The notes under the pieces were generated by a model, which did no database searches, was not told where the DNA came from, and worked only from the letters and a program-made list of their open reading frames with translations. The position numbers and the translations under genes are program-made. A DNA stretch of 64,000 nucleotides, counting the filler, from an uncultured bacterium (lineage in GTDB: Bacteria > CAYJOG01), in NCBI GenBank assembly GCA_964371695.1. It is 17 parts of 17 records of this genome, joined end to end, with 100 filler letters (N's around TTAATTAATTAA, not from the genome) between each part and the next. Parts side by side here need not be neighbours in the genome. Positions count along the whole stretch, not along the records: positions 30,900 to 34,634 come from CAYJOG010000357.1; positions 34,735 to 38,465 come from CAYJOG010000358.1; positions 38,566 to 42,287 come from CAYJOG010000359.1; 14 more parts are not named here. The stretch is one strand, 5' to 3'. This document shows positions 30,900-40,554 of this stretch, piece after piece (position 1 is the stretch's first letter; the number at the start of each line of letters is the position of its first letter).

Positions 30900-32120
30900 C
30901 GCCGCAATGGGCCAGCGGGGCAACACGCCCCCTTGCTGCGACATGAGCACCAGCGAGCGCAGCATGTCCCGCTGATAATCCGTGCCGATGAGCGTGAGCA
31001 GCGGGTGCTGTGTGCGAAAGGTGTCCCACAACGAAAGATCGGTGTAATAACGGAAGCCTTTGGCCACATGCACCTTTTTGTCAAAACCCAGATAGCGCCC
31101 CCCCGCCTCGGTGAACAGCGTGGGCATGAGAAAAGCGTGATAGAGCGCGGTGTAAAAAATGCGCCGGTCTTTTTCGCTGCCGCCTTTCACCGTCATGCGG
31201 CCCAGCACTTTTTCCCAGCGGGTTTCTGTTTTTAACCGCAGGGCATCGAAATCGTAATTTTCACCGGGCAGTTCGGCGGCCATGTTTTGACGGGCCTGCT
31301 CAAGGCTGATGAATGAAATCGCCACACGCAGCAGCACGGGCTTTTGCGGCGTGGTCGCAAAACGCAGCATCACACCGGCGTCTGTTCCCTCGGCGCGGGC
31401 GCTGCCGCTGAGAAACACGCCATTCTGCCATCCGTCCACGCCCGTAAAGGGCTGCTGACTCTGGATGACAAAATAAGTGGTGAAACCGCCGTCGCGCCCC
31501 GCCATGGGGCCTTTGTAAAAAAACGAGCCAGTGACGGTGCGGCGTTTTTCGTCGGTCGCCACGCGGGCCAGCACCGGTGTGCCGCCGCCGATGAAATGCC
31601 CCGCGTCCACCATCACCAGGGCTTTTTCTGTAGCGGGAAATGTGTAGCGGTGCAGGGCCACGCGCTCACCCGCCGTGAGTTCGGCGCGGATGCCCGTCTC
31701 TTGCAACGTGACGGCGTAATAACCCGGCGTGTTGGTTTCTGCGCTGTGGGCAAAACGGCTGTAACGGGCCGAGGGTGAGACATAGGCGGCGGCCTCGCCC
31801 ACCAGGGGCAGCAGGCCCACGTTGCCATAATCCACCGCGCCGGTGCCGTGCATGTGGGTGTGGCTGAAGGCGCGGATTTGTGTGTCGGGGTGGTAATAAC
31901 CGGCGCAGTGATAAAACGTGGGGTGGTTGCCCTTGCGGGTGGTGTCCGGGCCAAGGCGCACCATGCCAAAGGGCGCGGCGGCCCCCACAAAGGCGCTGCC
32001 CACGCCAAACCCCTGGCCGCCAGAGCCAATGAAGGGATTCACCTCGTTCACCAGGGCGGCGCGGACAAGGCCGGGCATCAGGCCCAGGGCGCACAAACAA
32101 CCCATCACCCACCAGCGCAT
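30900..32120 (-). CDS. GH92 family alpha-1,2-mannosidase-like glycoside hydrolase, 3' truncated
   Basis: VNPFIG, GA.APFGMV.LGPDT, FSHTH..GTG..D.GN, FYTALYH, SLWDTFRT.HPL. Confidence 0.92.
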
Positions 32121-32196
32121 GAAGGAGCATTATCCCTGAGCCGGGCCTGCTAAAGTATCCCTTCCATTCCAGGGCTTGACCCGGAAAGAGGTTTGC

Positions 32197-33519
32197 ATGA
32201 ACGGCAGCATTGGTTTTCTTGGCGCGGGGTATGTGGGTCTGGTGAGCGGCGCGTGTTTTGCCAGCCTGGGCCACCGCGTGTTGCTGGCGGACATCAACGA
32301 AGCCAAGATCAAGGCGCTGGAAAACGGCGAGATCCCCATTTACGAACCGGGTCTGGCCCAACTGGTGGACCGCTGCCGCCAAAGCGGCAAACTGGGGTTC
32401 ACCACCAGCGTGTCCCAGGTGGTGGCCAAGTGCCGCATCATTTTCATCTGTGTGGGCACCCCCATGGGGGCGGGTGGCCAGGCCGACCTGAGTTATGTGC
32501 GGGCCGCCTACGAAGACATCGCCCGGCACCTCAAAAGCCACCGCATTTTTGTGAACAAAAGCACCGTGCCCGTGGGCAGCGGCGCGTGGGTGGCGGGCAT
32601 TCTGCGCGAGGCGGGCGTGCGCCCCAACCTGTTTGACGTGGTGAGCAACCCGGAGTTTTTGCGCGAGGGCAACGCGGTGTATGACTTCATGAACCCCGAC
32701 CGCATTGTGGTGGGGTCTGACAACCCTCGCGCCGCGCAGGAAGTGGCCGGGCTGTATCTGCCCCTGCGCCCGCGCATATTGCAGACCGATCTGGCCAGCG
32801 CCGAGCTGATCAAATACGCCTCCAACGCCTTTCTGGCCACCAAAATCAGTTTCATCAACGAAGTGGCCAACCTGTGTGAAACCGTGGGGGCGAACATCGA
32901 CGACGTGTCCACCGGCATGGGGCTGGATGGCCGCATTGGCCGGGGGTTTCTCAGCGCCGGGCCGGGTTTTGGCGGCAGTTGTTTTCCCAAGGACACCCAG
33001 GCGCTGCTGCACATCGCCCAGGATGCAGGCAGCCCCATGAAGGTGGTGCAGGCGGTGGTGGCGGTGAATCATCACCAGCGGCGGTTGGCGGTGGAAAAAC
33101 TCAAGCGGCACCTGCCCTCGCTGAAGGGCAAGACCGTGGCGCTGCTGGGTCTGGCGTTCAAGGCCAACACCGACGACATCCGCGAAAGCCCCGCGCTGGA
33201 CATTCTGGGCCAGTTGCTGAAAGAGGGCGCCACCGTGCGGGTGTATGACCCCGAAGCCCTGGTGCATCTGCCCAAAAAGAAAAACGCCTTTGCCGCCGCC
33301 AGCGCAGAGGCGGCCCTGACAGGCGCAGACGCGGCGGTGATCGCCACCGAGTGGCCGGAGTTCAAGGCCATCGCCCCCGCCACCTTTGCGCGCCTGCTCA
33401 AAAAACCCCTGGTGGTAGACGCCCGCAACCTGCTGGACCCCACCGCCGCACAGGCCGCCGGACTCACGCTGGAGGCCATCGGCAGACGCGCCGTGAAGAA
33501 AACCAACAAGAAGAAATAA
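32197..33519 (+). CDS. ugd: UDP-glucose/GDP-mannose 6-dehydrogenase
   Basis: GAGYVGL, KSTVPVG, NPEFLREG, SAELIKYASNAFLA, GFGGSCFPKD, DDIRESP. Confidence 0.95.
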   Translation: MNGSIGFLGAGYVGLVSGACFASLGHRVLLADINEAKIKALENGEIPIYEPGLAQLVDRCRQSGKLGFTTSVSQVVAKCRIIFICVGTPMGAGGQADLSYVRAAYEDIARHLKSHRIFVNKSTVPVGSGAWVAGILREAGVRPNLFDVVSNPEFLREGNAVYDFMNPDRIVVGSDNPRAAQEVAGLYLPLRPRILQTDLASAELIKYASNAFLATKISFINEVANLCETVGANIDDVSTGMGLDGRIGRGFLSAGPGFGGSCFPKDTQALLHIAQDAGSPMKVVQAVVAVNHHQRRLAVEKLKRHLPSLKGKTVALLGLAFKANTDDIRESPALDILGQLLKEGATVRVYDPEALVHLPKKKNAFAAASAEAALTGADAAVIATEWPEFKAIAPATFARLLKKPLVVDARNLLDPTAAQAAGLTLEAIGRRAVKKTNKKK

Positions 33520-33522
33520 TGC

Positions 33523-33760
33523 GTAGGCGCGACGCCATTGCTGTTAGATTCATGAAAAAAGCAGATGAATTACATGGATTTTTTAACGTAGCCCCGGCGT
33601 CTCGCCGGGAGGTTCAATCGCGCCACAGGCGCGCACCTTTTTATATTTTTTCCTTACTTCCCTGAAAAACATCTGTTTTGTGCCGCCTGCGGCGGTTTTT
33701 ATCCTCCCGGCGAGACGCCGGGGCTACAGAAAACCTAACAGCAATGGGCGTCGCCGCTAC
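33523..33760. mobile_element. Nested non-autonomous element: split GTAG palindrome > TIR shell (33536-33746) > REPIN (33588-33727)
   Basis: CATTGCTGTTAG..CTAACAGCAATG TIRs; GTAGCCCCGGCGTCTCGCCGGG inverted pair; flanks GTAGGCGCGACGC / GGCGTCGCCGCTAC. Confidence 0.8.
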
Positions 33761-33770
33761 TCAATACCCA

Positions 33771-33983
33771 TAGCAGGGTGTTGAGAAAGTCCCTCCTGGC
33801 CTTTCTCAACCCATTTTGCTCAAGCAAGGCTCTCGCAAAATGGCGCTTTTGCAGGGGTTTTTGGAACCCCTGCAAGCGGTAAAATCTGCTATCGCCTTTG
33901 CTCGGCCAGATGCCCCAATGGGCATCTGGAAAGAACCCTCGCAAACTCATGGATTTTTCAGGGTGTTTATCAACACCCTGATA
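33771..33983. mobile_element. MITE-like element with TAGCAGGGTGTTGA..TCAACACCCTGATA terminal inverted repeats
   Basis: TIRs and internal hairpins; relatives at 10441-10558 and short remnants near 5816 and 34622. Confidence 0.7.
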
Positions 33984-34016
33984 GGTATCATAAAAAATCC
34001 CCCAAAGGAAAACGCC

Positions 34017-34622
34017 ATGGAAACCCTTGAGTTTTATTTCGATTTCACCTCGCCCTATACCTATCTCACCGCCACGCAACTGCCCCGCATGGCCGCGCAG
34101 GCGGGCGTGACGCTGGAATATGTGCCCGCGCTGCTGGGGGTGGTGATTGAGCAATCGGGTAACCGCATTCCGGCGGTGTGCCAGAACAAGGCGCGCTACA
34201 TGATGGTGGAATTGCAGGACATCGCCGGGGACTATGGCGTGCCGATCAAGTTTCCCGGCAAGTTCCCCATCATGAGCCTCACGGCCCTGCGCGCCACGCT
34301 GGTGCTGGCGGGCGACCTGCGGCAGGAAGAATGGATCAACAAAGTGTTTGAAGCCTACTGGGTAAACGACCAGGACATTTCGCAGGATGACGTGCTGGAG
34401 AAAATCGCCGAGGTCTGTGAACTGAACTGGACCCACCTCAAACGCGAAACACAAAACCCCGACATCAAGGAAAAACTCAAGGAGATCACCAACAGCGCCG
34501 TGAAACGCGGCCTGTTTGGCATGCCCACCATGTTTTACAAAGGCAAGATGTATTTTGGCAACGAAAGCCTGCCCCGCGTGGGCCGGGCGCTGGGGCTGAA
34601 GGACTGGATGGCGGTGCCCTGA
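34017..34622 (+). CDS. 2-hydroxychromene-2-carboxylate isomerase / kappa-GST (DsbA-like) family protein
   Basis: EFYFDFTSPYTYL, K.RY...L, GLFGMPT..YFGNE. Confidence 0.9.
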   Translation: METLEFYFDFTSPYTYLTATQLPRMAAQAGVTLEYVPALLGVVIEQSGNRIPAVCQNKARYMMVELQDIAGDYGVPIKFPGKFPIMSLTALRATLVLAGDLRQEEWINKVFEAYWVNDQDISQDDVLEKIAEVCELNWTHLKRETQNPDIKEKLKEITNSAVKRGLFGMPTMFYKGKMYFGNESLPRVGRALGLKDWMAVP

Positions 34623-34769
34623 TAGGGTGTTGGGNNNNNNNNNNNNNNNNNNNNNNNNNNNNNNNNNNNNNNNNNNNNTTAATTAATTAANNNNNNNNNN
34701 NNNNNNNNNNNNNNNNNNNNNNNNNNNNNNNNNNGTCCACGACGGACTTTTAAAACAGGTTCCAAGGCC

Positions 34770-35717
34770 ATGAAGCCGCCTTTATTTCTGATTGGCGGTT
34801 ATCTGGGGGTGGGCAAAACCACGCTCATTGGCGGTGTGCTGGGCCGCCTGCCGGGCCGCAGCGCCGTGGTGGTGAACGACTTTGGCCCCGTGGGGCTGGA
34901 CGGCAAACTGCTGGCGGCACAGGGGGGCGCGCTGGTGGTGCAGGAGATTCCCGGCGGTTGCGTGTGTTGTTCGGTGCAGGATCAACTGCCCCAGGCCGTG
35001 GAAGCCGTGCTCGCCACCGGCCCCGACCGGGTGCTGGTGGAGCCAAGCGGTGTGGCGCGGCTGGGACCGCTGCGGGACATGCTGGCCGGGACACCGGGGG
35101 TGGGGGAGATTCACACACTGGCGCTGGTGGCGGTGGCGGGTTTTGAGCCGGAACAGATGACGCCTCTTTTACGGGATCAACTGGAATCGGCGGACCTGTG
35201 GGTGTTGACGCATACGTCGGACGCCACAGCGGTTGACCGGGAACGGTTGCAGGAAACCCTGGCTTCGTTTTATCCACCGCGCCCGGTGATGGGGGCTGAA
35301 GACCTGCTCAGCACCGGCTGGTTTGAATCCCTTGTTCTGCCACCAAACACGCCCCATTGGGGTGGCCTGGACGTGGCAGCCCTGGCTGAAGAAAAAGACC
35401 ACCACGGGGGACATGACCTTCAGGCCGATGGCCTCACCTGGCCAGTTGAGGAGTGTTTTGATTTTCAGGGGCTGCTGGCGTTTTTTGCGGCCTTGGCCCA
35501 GGGCGAACTGGGCCTCAGCGGCAAGGTGCAGCGGGCCAAAGGTGTGTTTCACACCCGGCATGGGCCGGTGCTGATGGAAATCGCCCAAGGCAAGGTGTTT
35601 GACCGGCCACTCTTTTGGCACGGCCCCAGCCAGTTCGATGCCGTGCTGCAACACCCCGGCCCTCAGGACTGGGACCAGTTATGGTTGGGTCTGGATGCCC
35701 GGCTGAAGAAGGACTGA
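34770..35717 (+). CDS. CobW/COG0523 metallochaperone GTPase
   Basis: GGYLGVGKTT, VVNDFG, GCVCC, EPSGV, RAKGVF. Confidence 0.9.
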   Translation: MKPPLFLIGGYLGVGKTTLIGGVLGRLPGRSAVVVNDFGPVGLDGKLLAAQGGALVVQEIPGGCVCCSVQDQLPQAVEAVLATGPDRVLVEPSGVARLGPLRDMLAGTPGVGEIHTLALVAVAGFEPEQMTPLLRDQLESADLWVLTHTSDATAVDRERLQETLASFYPPRPVMGAEDLLSTGWFESLVLPPNTPHWGGLDVAALAEEKDHHGGHDLQADGLTWPVEECFDFQGLLAFFAALAQGELGLSGKVQRAKGVFHTRHGPVLMEIAQGKVFDRPLFWHGPSQFDAVLQHPGPQDWDQLWLGLDARLKKD

Positions 35718-38417
35718 ACCACGCTTCATGCGGCGCACGTTGAATTGTTTGCGCAGCAGGTCGGCCACAAAAAGCAGCGGGCCGCCCAACAGGGCCAGCA
35801 CCATGAACTGCGGTTCCACGGGGCCGGTTTTCATCACCTTCTGCACCGCCGGTGAGTTCAGCAGGCCCCAGGCAAACCACACCTCCAGCGCCATGCCCGA
35901 CAACATCACCTTGTTGGCCCACAGGCCACGGTCCAGGCCGCTGGTGAACTCGCGGCGGCGGCTGATGACATGCACCAGTTGCGAAAGCACCACCGACACC
36001 AGCGTCACACCGGTGGCGGCCTGATAGAGCGGGTCTGCCATGGTCATGCGGTCGCCAAAACGCCAGCCGTTTGCACTCAACATCCAAAAGAACAACAACA
36101 GCGACCACGCCGACTGCAAGCCACCCAAAAAACCATAAGCCCGCAATAGCAGGCCGGGCGTGAGCAGGCCCTCGCGCCGGGTGCGGGGGGGCTTCTGCAT
36201 GTCGGCGGGTTCCGGCGGCTCCTGACCAAGGCCCATGGCAGGCAATACATCCGTACCCAGGTCAATGGAAAGTATCTGCGGAATCGTGAGCGCCAGCGGC
36301 ACGGGCAACACAATGTAGAGCAAAAATGGGAGAATCTCCGGCACGTTGCTGCACAACACATAGGTCATGAACTTGCGGACGTTGGTGTAAACGGTGCGCC
36401 CTTCCTCCACCCCCGCCACGATGCTGGCAAAGTTGTCGTCCAGCAAGATCAGGTGGGCGGATTCCCGCGCCACGTCGGTGCCGCTCAAGCCCATGGCGAT
36501 GCCCACGTCGGCGGCCTTGAGCGCGGGCGCGTCGTTCACGCCATCGCCGGTCATTGCCACCACGCGGTCCATGGCCTGAAAAGCGCCCACGATTTTCATT
36601 TTTTGCTCAGGCGTGGTGCGGGCAAACACCTGAAGGCCCGATCGCAGGCGGTCTTCCAGCACTGATTTATTCAGAGTCTCCAGCACCACACCGGTGAGCA
36701 CCGCCGTGGTTTCATCCACCCCTGGCGGCACAATGCCTGCCTTGCGGGCGATGGCAAAAGCGGTGTCGGGGTGATCGCCCGTAATCAGCACCACTTCAAT
36801 ACCGGCTTCGTGGCACTTGGCCACGGCAGGGGCCACTTCGGGCCGCAGGGGGTCTTCCACGCCCATGAAACCCAGCAGCGTCAGCCCCGGCTCCAGCGCC
36901 TCCTGATCCGCCGCCAGAGCGGCCTGCTCCGTCACCGCTTTTTCGGCCACGGCAATCACCCGCAGCCCCTCGCGGGCCAGCGCCCGCACCGTGTCTTCAG
37001 CCTTGGCCAGCAGTGTTTCGTTGGCCGGTTTTTCTTCACCGTCCCCGTCCAGCACCGCTCCCAGCAGGGGCCGCAGGCTTTCCCATGCGCCTTTCACGCC
37101 CAGCACCGGCCCGACAGGGGTGCGGCCCACACCGCCGCTGCGGCGCTTGAGCACGTCAAAGGCAAACCGGCGCGTGGTGTCGGCGCTGAGGGTTTTCCAG
37201 CCGGTTCCCTGTTTTTCAAGGGCGGTCGCCACCGCCACGTCCAGCGGATCGCCCCCCAGGCCAGCCGCACCCTCGCGCACCTCGCTGGCAAACATCGCCG
37301 CCCGCAACAGTCGCCGTGTGGTTTCGTCCGGCGGGTTTGCCGCCACCGCAAGGGGCAGGGCCATGCGGGTGATGGTGAGCTGGTTGAGGGTGAGCGTGCC
37401 GGTTTTGTCGGTGCAGATCACATGCACCGCGCCAATGCTTTCCACCGCCTGCAGGCTTTTGACCAGCACCTTTCGTTTGGCCATGCGCTGGCTGGCCATC
37501 GCAAGCGCCAGGGTGAGGGTGGGCAGCAGGCCCTCTGGCACATTGGCCACGATGATGCCCATCATGAACACCAGATTGATGAGCAGGGGCCGCTGCTGAA
37601 AAACGCCGTAGACAAAAAACGTCAACCCCATGGTGATGGCGATGAGCGTGAGCACCCGCACCATGGCCTGCACCTCGCGCTCCAGCGGCGACAACGCCCG
37701 GCGGATGCCCTGGGAGAGCATGGCGATTTTGCCGAACTCGGTGCGCCCGCCGGTGGCGAACACCACCGCTTTGCCCGCTCCCCGCAGCACCGAGCAACCG
37801 GCGAACACCACGTTGCTGGCGTCTTCCAGGCGGCCTTCCTGCGGGGCCACGGCCAGCGAGAGGGGCCGGGATTCCCCGGTGAGCGGCGCGTTGTTCACCA
37901 TGAGGTCGGTGACAGAAAGCAGGCGGGCGTCGGCGGGCAGGCGGTCGCCCTCGGTCAACAGCAGCACGTCACCGGGCGCGAGGTCTTCGGCCAGGATTTC
38001 CTCTTCCGCGCCCCCTCTTATCACCCTGGCCTTGGGGGGCAGATAATTACGCAGCGCCGCCATGGCCTTTTCGGCGCGGTATTCCTGAAAAAACGCAAAC
38101 AGGCCGTTGAAAAACGCCACCGCCACCAGGGCGATGCCCAGCAGGTCCATGCTCTCGCCCGGCGAGAGGGAATGGGCCACAAAACTCAACGCCCCGGCGG
38201 CAAACAGCAGCAACGAAAAAAAGTTGGTGAACTGGCGCAACAGCGCGCTTGTCCACTCAAACCGGGGGGGCGGATGCAGCAGGTTCTGGCCCACCTCGGC
38301 CAAACGCACCTGCACCTCACTGGTGTCCAGGCCCTCTGGCCGCGAATGCAGCAGGCCGAGCGCCTCGGTGGCGTCCACCTGATGAATCTGCCGGGTGGGC
38401 GCGGCGGTGCCACTCAC
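35679..38417 (-). CDS. Cation-transporting P-type ATPase, P2C (Na+,K+/H+,K+-ATPase-like)
   Basis: LTGES, VANVPEGLLPT, DKTGTLT, TGDGVND, SNVPE, ILSIDLGTD. Confidence 0.92.
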   Translation of the reverse strand: MSGTAAPTRQIHQVDATEALGLLHSRPEGLDTSEVQVRLAEVGQNLLHPPPRFEWTSALLRQFTNFFSLLLFAAGALSFVAHSLSPGESMDLLGIALVAVAFFNGLFAFFQEYRAEKAMAALRNYLPPKARVIRGGAEEEILAEDLAPGDVLLLTEGDRLPADARLLSVTDLMVNNAPLTGESRPLSLAVAPQEGRLEDASNVVFAGCSVLRGAGKAVVFATGGRTEFGKIAMLSQGIRRALSPLEREVQAMVRVLTLIAITMGLTFFVYGVFQQRPLLINLVFMMGIIVANVPEGLLPTLTLALAMASQRMAKRKVLVKSLQAVESIGAVHVICTDKTGTLTLNQLTITRMALPLAVAANPPDETTRRLLRAAMFASEVREGAAGLGGDPLDVAVATALEKQGTGWKTLSADTTRRFAFDVLKRRSGGVGRTPVGPVLGVKGAWESLRPLLGAVLDGDGEEKPANETLLAKAEDTVRALAREGLRVIAVAEKAVTEQAALAADQEALEPGLTLLGFMGVEDPLRPEVAPAVAKCHEAGIEVVLITGDHPDTAFAIARKAGIVPPGVDETTAVLTGVVLETLNKSVLEDRLRSGLQVFARTTPEQKMKIVGAFQAMDRVVAMTGDGVNDAPALKAADVGIAMGLSGTDVARESAHLILLDDNFASIVAGVEEGRTVYTNVRKFMTYVLCSNVPEILPFLLYIVLPVPLALTIPQILSIDLGTDVLPAMGLGQEPPEPADMQKPPRTRREGLLTPGLLLRAYGFLGGLQSAWSLLLFFWMLSANGWRFGDRMTMADPLYQAATGVTLVSVVLSQLVHVISRRREFTSGLDRGLWANKVMLSGMALEVWFAWGLLNSPAVQKVMKTGPVEPQFMVLALLGGPLLFVADLLRKQFNVRRMKRGSVLLQPGIQTQP

Positions 38418-38464
38418 GGCAGACCTCCGAAAATCGCCACGTCACAGGGGGCGCGGTGCAGCAC
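38414..38464 (-). CDS. C-terminal fragment of probable universal stress protein domain
   Basis: VLHRAPCDVAIF then stop overlapping ATPase start (GTGA). Confidence 0.55.
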   Translation of the reverse strand: MLHRAPCDVAIFGGLP

Positions 38465-38565
38465 CNNNNNNNNNNNNNNNNNNNNNNNNNNNNNNNNNNN
38501 NNNNNNNNNTTAATTAATTAANNNNNNNNNNNNNNNNNNNNNNNNNNNNNNNNNNNNNNNNNNNN

Positions 38566-39057
38566 GGTGGGTTCGTCGCACAGCAGCAGGCCGGGGCTGT
38601 TCACCAACGCACGGGCCACGGCCACACGCTGCTGCTCACCCAGACTGAGTCGGGCCACCAGGGTATGGGCCTTGTGCTCCATGCTCAGGTCGTCCAGCGC
38701 CGACATGGCCCTGTTCTCGGCAGCTGTGCCGCGCCCTGCGCTGAGCAGGATGTTCTCTTTTGCCGTGAGGTGTTCCACCAGATTCAACCGCTGGAACACC
38801 AGCCCCATGGTGGTCCTCCGCAGGGTGGTGCGCTCGTTGTCTTTCAGCCGCGCCGTGGACACGCCATCCAGCAGCACTTCGCCCTGTGTGGGCAGCAGCA
38901 GTCCGGCAAAAAGATGCAGCAGGGTGGTTTTGCCCGTGCCGCTCTGGCCGGTGATGATGAGTTTTTCGCCCGGACTGACGAGACAGTGATCCAGCGAAAG
39001 CACAGGCTGGAGAACCCCTTTTACCAGAACCTTCAGTTGTCGGGCTTCGAGTTTCAT
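38566..39057 (-). CDS. ABC transporter ATP-binding protein, 3' truncated
   Basis: GQSGTGKTT, LSLGEQQRVAVARAL, LLCDEPT. Confidence 0.9.
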
Positions 39058-39082
39058 GGCTGGATTTTGCTTTTGGCTCAAA

Positions 39083-39132
39083 CCCCTCACCCGGCGCTGC
39101 GCGCCACCCTCTCCCCATAAAGGGGAGAGGGG
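39083..39132. repeat. CCCTCTCCC-type REP unit
   Basis: CCCCTCACCCGGCGCTGCGCGCCACCCTCTCCCCATAAAGGGGAGAGGG. Confidence 0.7.
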
Positions 39133-39144
39133 GAAAAGGCCATT

Positions 39145-40428
39145 CTAAATCAGCTTGCGCAGAATCAGCGTCTGGGCGCGTTCCGGCCCCACGCTGATGA
39201 TGCTGATGGGCGTGCGGATCATTTTCTCCACTTCCTGAATGTAGCGCTTGAGGGTGGCGGGCAGTTCCTCAAAAGTCTTCATTTCGGTGGTGTCCGTTTT
39301 CCAGCCCTCCATGGTTTCATAGATGGGCTCACAGTCGCGCAGCACCTTGAACTCGGTGCTGAAATCGTTGATGCGATCGCCGTTGTAGCGATACCCCACG
39401 CACAGGCGCACCTCGTCAAACTCGTCCAGCACGTCCAGCTTGGTCATGGCCAGGGTGTTCAGGCCGTTCACGCGCACGGCATAACGCAGGGCCACCACGT
39501 CCAGCCAGCCGCAGCGGCGGGGCCTGCCCGTGGTGGTGCCGAACTCCCCCCCGGCGGCGCGGATGCGCTCGCCCACGTCCCCCAGGATTTCCGCAGGAAA
39601 AGGCCCCTCGCCCACACGGGTGGTATAGGCCTTGGTCACGCCGATCACGCGGTCGATTTCGCCCGGCCCCAGTCCGGTGCCCAGTGTGGCGCCGCCCGCC
39701 ACGGGGTGAGAGCTGGTGACATAGGGATAGGTGCCGCTGTCAATGTCCAGCAGGGTGCCCTGGGCCCCTTCAAACAGAATGGTCTTGTCGTCCATGTAGG
39801 CCGAGCGCACCAGCAGGCTGGTGTCGGCGACATAGGGTTTCAGGCGGCGGCCAAACTCGTAGCATTCCTCCAGAATCTGGTCCCGCTCAAAACCTTCGTG
39901 ATCAAAGATGTTGCGCAGCAGCAGGTTTTTGTATTTCAGCGTGTGGCCCAGCTTGCCCTCGAACTCTTCGGGGTCATACAGGTCCATCATGCGGATGCCC
40001 CGGCGGCTCATTTTGTCCTGATAACAGGGGCCGATGCCCCGGCCCGTGGTGCCGATTTTGTGTTTGCCCCGCAGTTCTTCCTCTTTTTGGTCCAGCACGC
40101 GGTGATAGGGCATGATGAGATGCGCGTTTTTGGAGATGCGCAGGTTGGAGCAGTCCACGCCACGGGTTTCCAGGGCCTCAATCTCGCCCAGCAGCACACC
40201 CAGGTCCATCACCAAGCCGTCGGCCAGCACGTTGATCTTGTCGGGATAAAGAATGCCGCTGGGAATCAGGTGCAGTTTGTATTCCTGCCCCTTGTGGTTC
40301 AGTGTGTGGCCCGCATTGTTGCCCCCCTGATAACGCACCACCACGTCCACGCTTTCAGAAAGCATGTCGGTGATCTTCCCTTTTCCTTCGTCGCCCCACT
40401 GAGCGCCGACCAGCACGATACTGGGCAT
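39145..40428 (-). CDS. purA: Adenylosuccinate synthetase
   Basis: GAQWGDEGKGK, GGNNAGHT, EGAQG.LLD.D.GTYPYVTSS, GTTTGRPRRCGW. Confidence 0.97.
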   Translation of the reverse strand: MPSIVLVGAQWGDEGKGKITDMLSESVDVVVRYQGGNNAGHTLNHKGQEYKLHLIPSGILYPDKINVLADGLVMDLGVLLGEIEALETRGVDCSNLRISKNAHLIMPYHRVLDQKEEELRGKHKIGTTGRGIGPCYQDKMSRRGIRMMDLYDPEEFEGKLGHTLKYKNLLLRNIFDHEGFERDQILEECYEFGRRLKPYVADTSLLVRSAYMDDKTILFEGAQGTLLDIDSGTYPYVTSSHPVAGGATLGTGLGPGEIDRVIGVTKAYTTRVGEGPFPAEILGDVGERIRAAGGEFGTTTGRPRRCGWLDVVALRYAVRVNGLNTLAMTKLDVLDEFDEVRLCVGYRYNGDRINDFSTEFKVLRDCEPIYETMEGWKTDTTEMKTFEELPATLKRYIQEVEKMIRTPISIISVGPERAQTLILRKLI

Positions 40429-40509
40429 GGTTATTCTCCCTTCGGTCTCGCGCAAACCGCCCGTGCGGACTGTGGTTCAGAGGGTCTTCACAGGGGGACT
40501 TGCCGAAGG

Positions 40510-40538
40510 ATTCTAGGGGTTGGAGGGGAGGATGACAA
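40510..40538 (-). promoter_or_regulatory. sigma70-type promoter for purA
   Basis: TTGTCA-17 bp-TAGAAT on the minus strand. Confidence 0.6.
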
Positions 40539-40554
40539 ATGACCTGTGGAAAGA

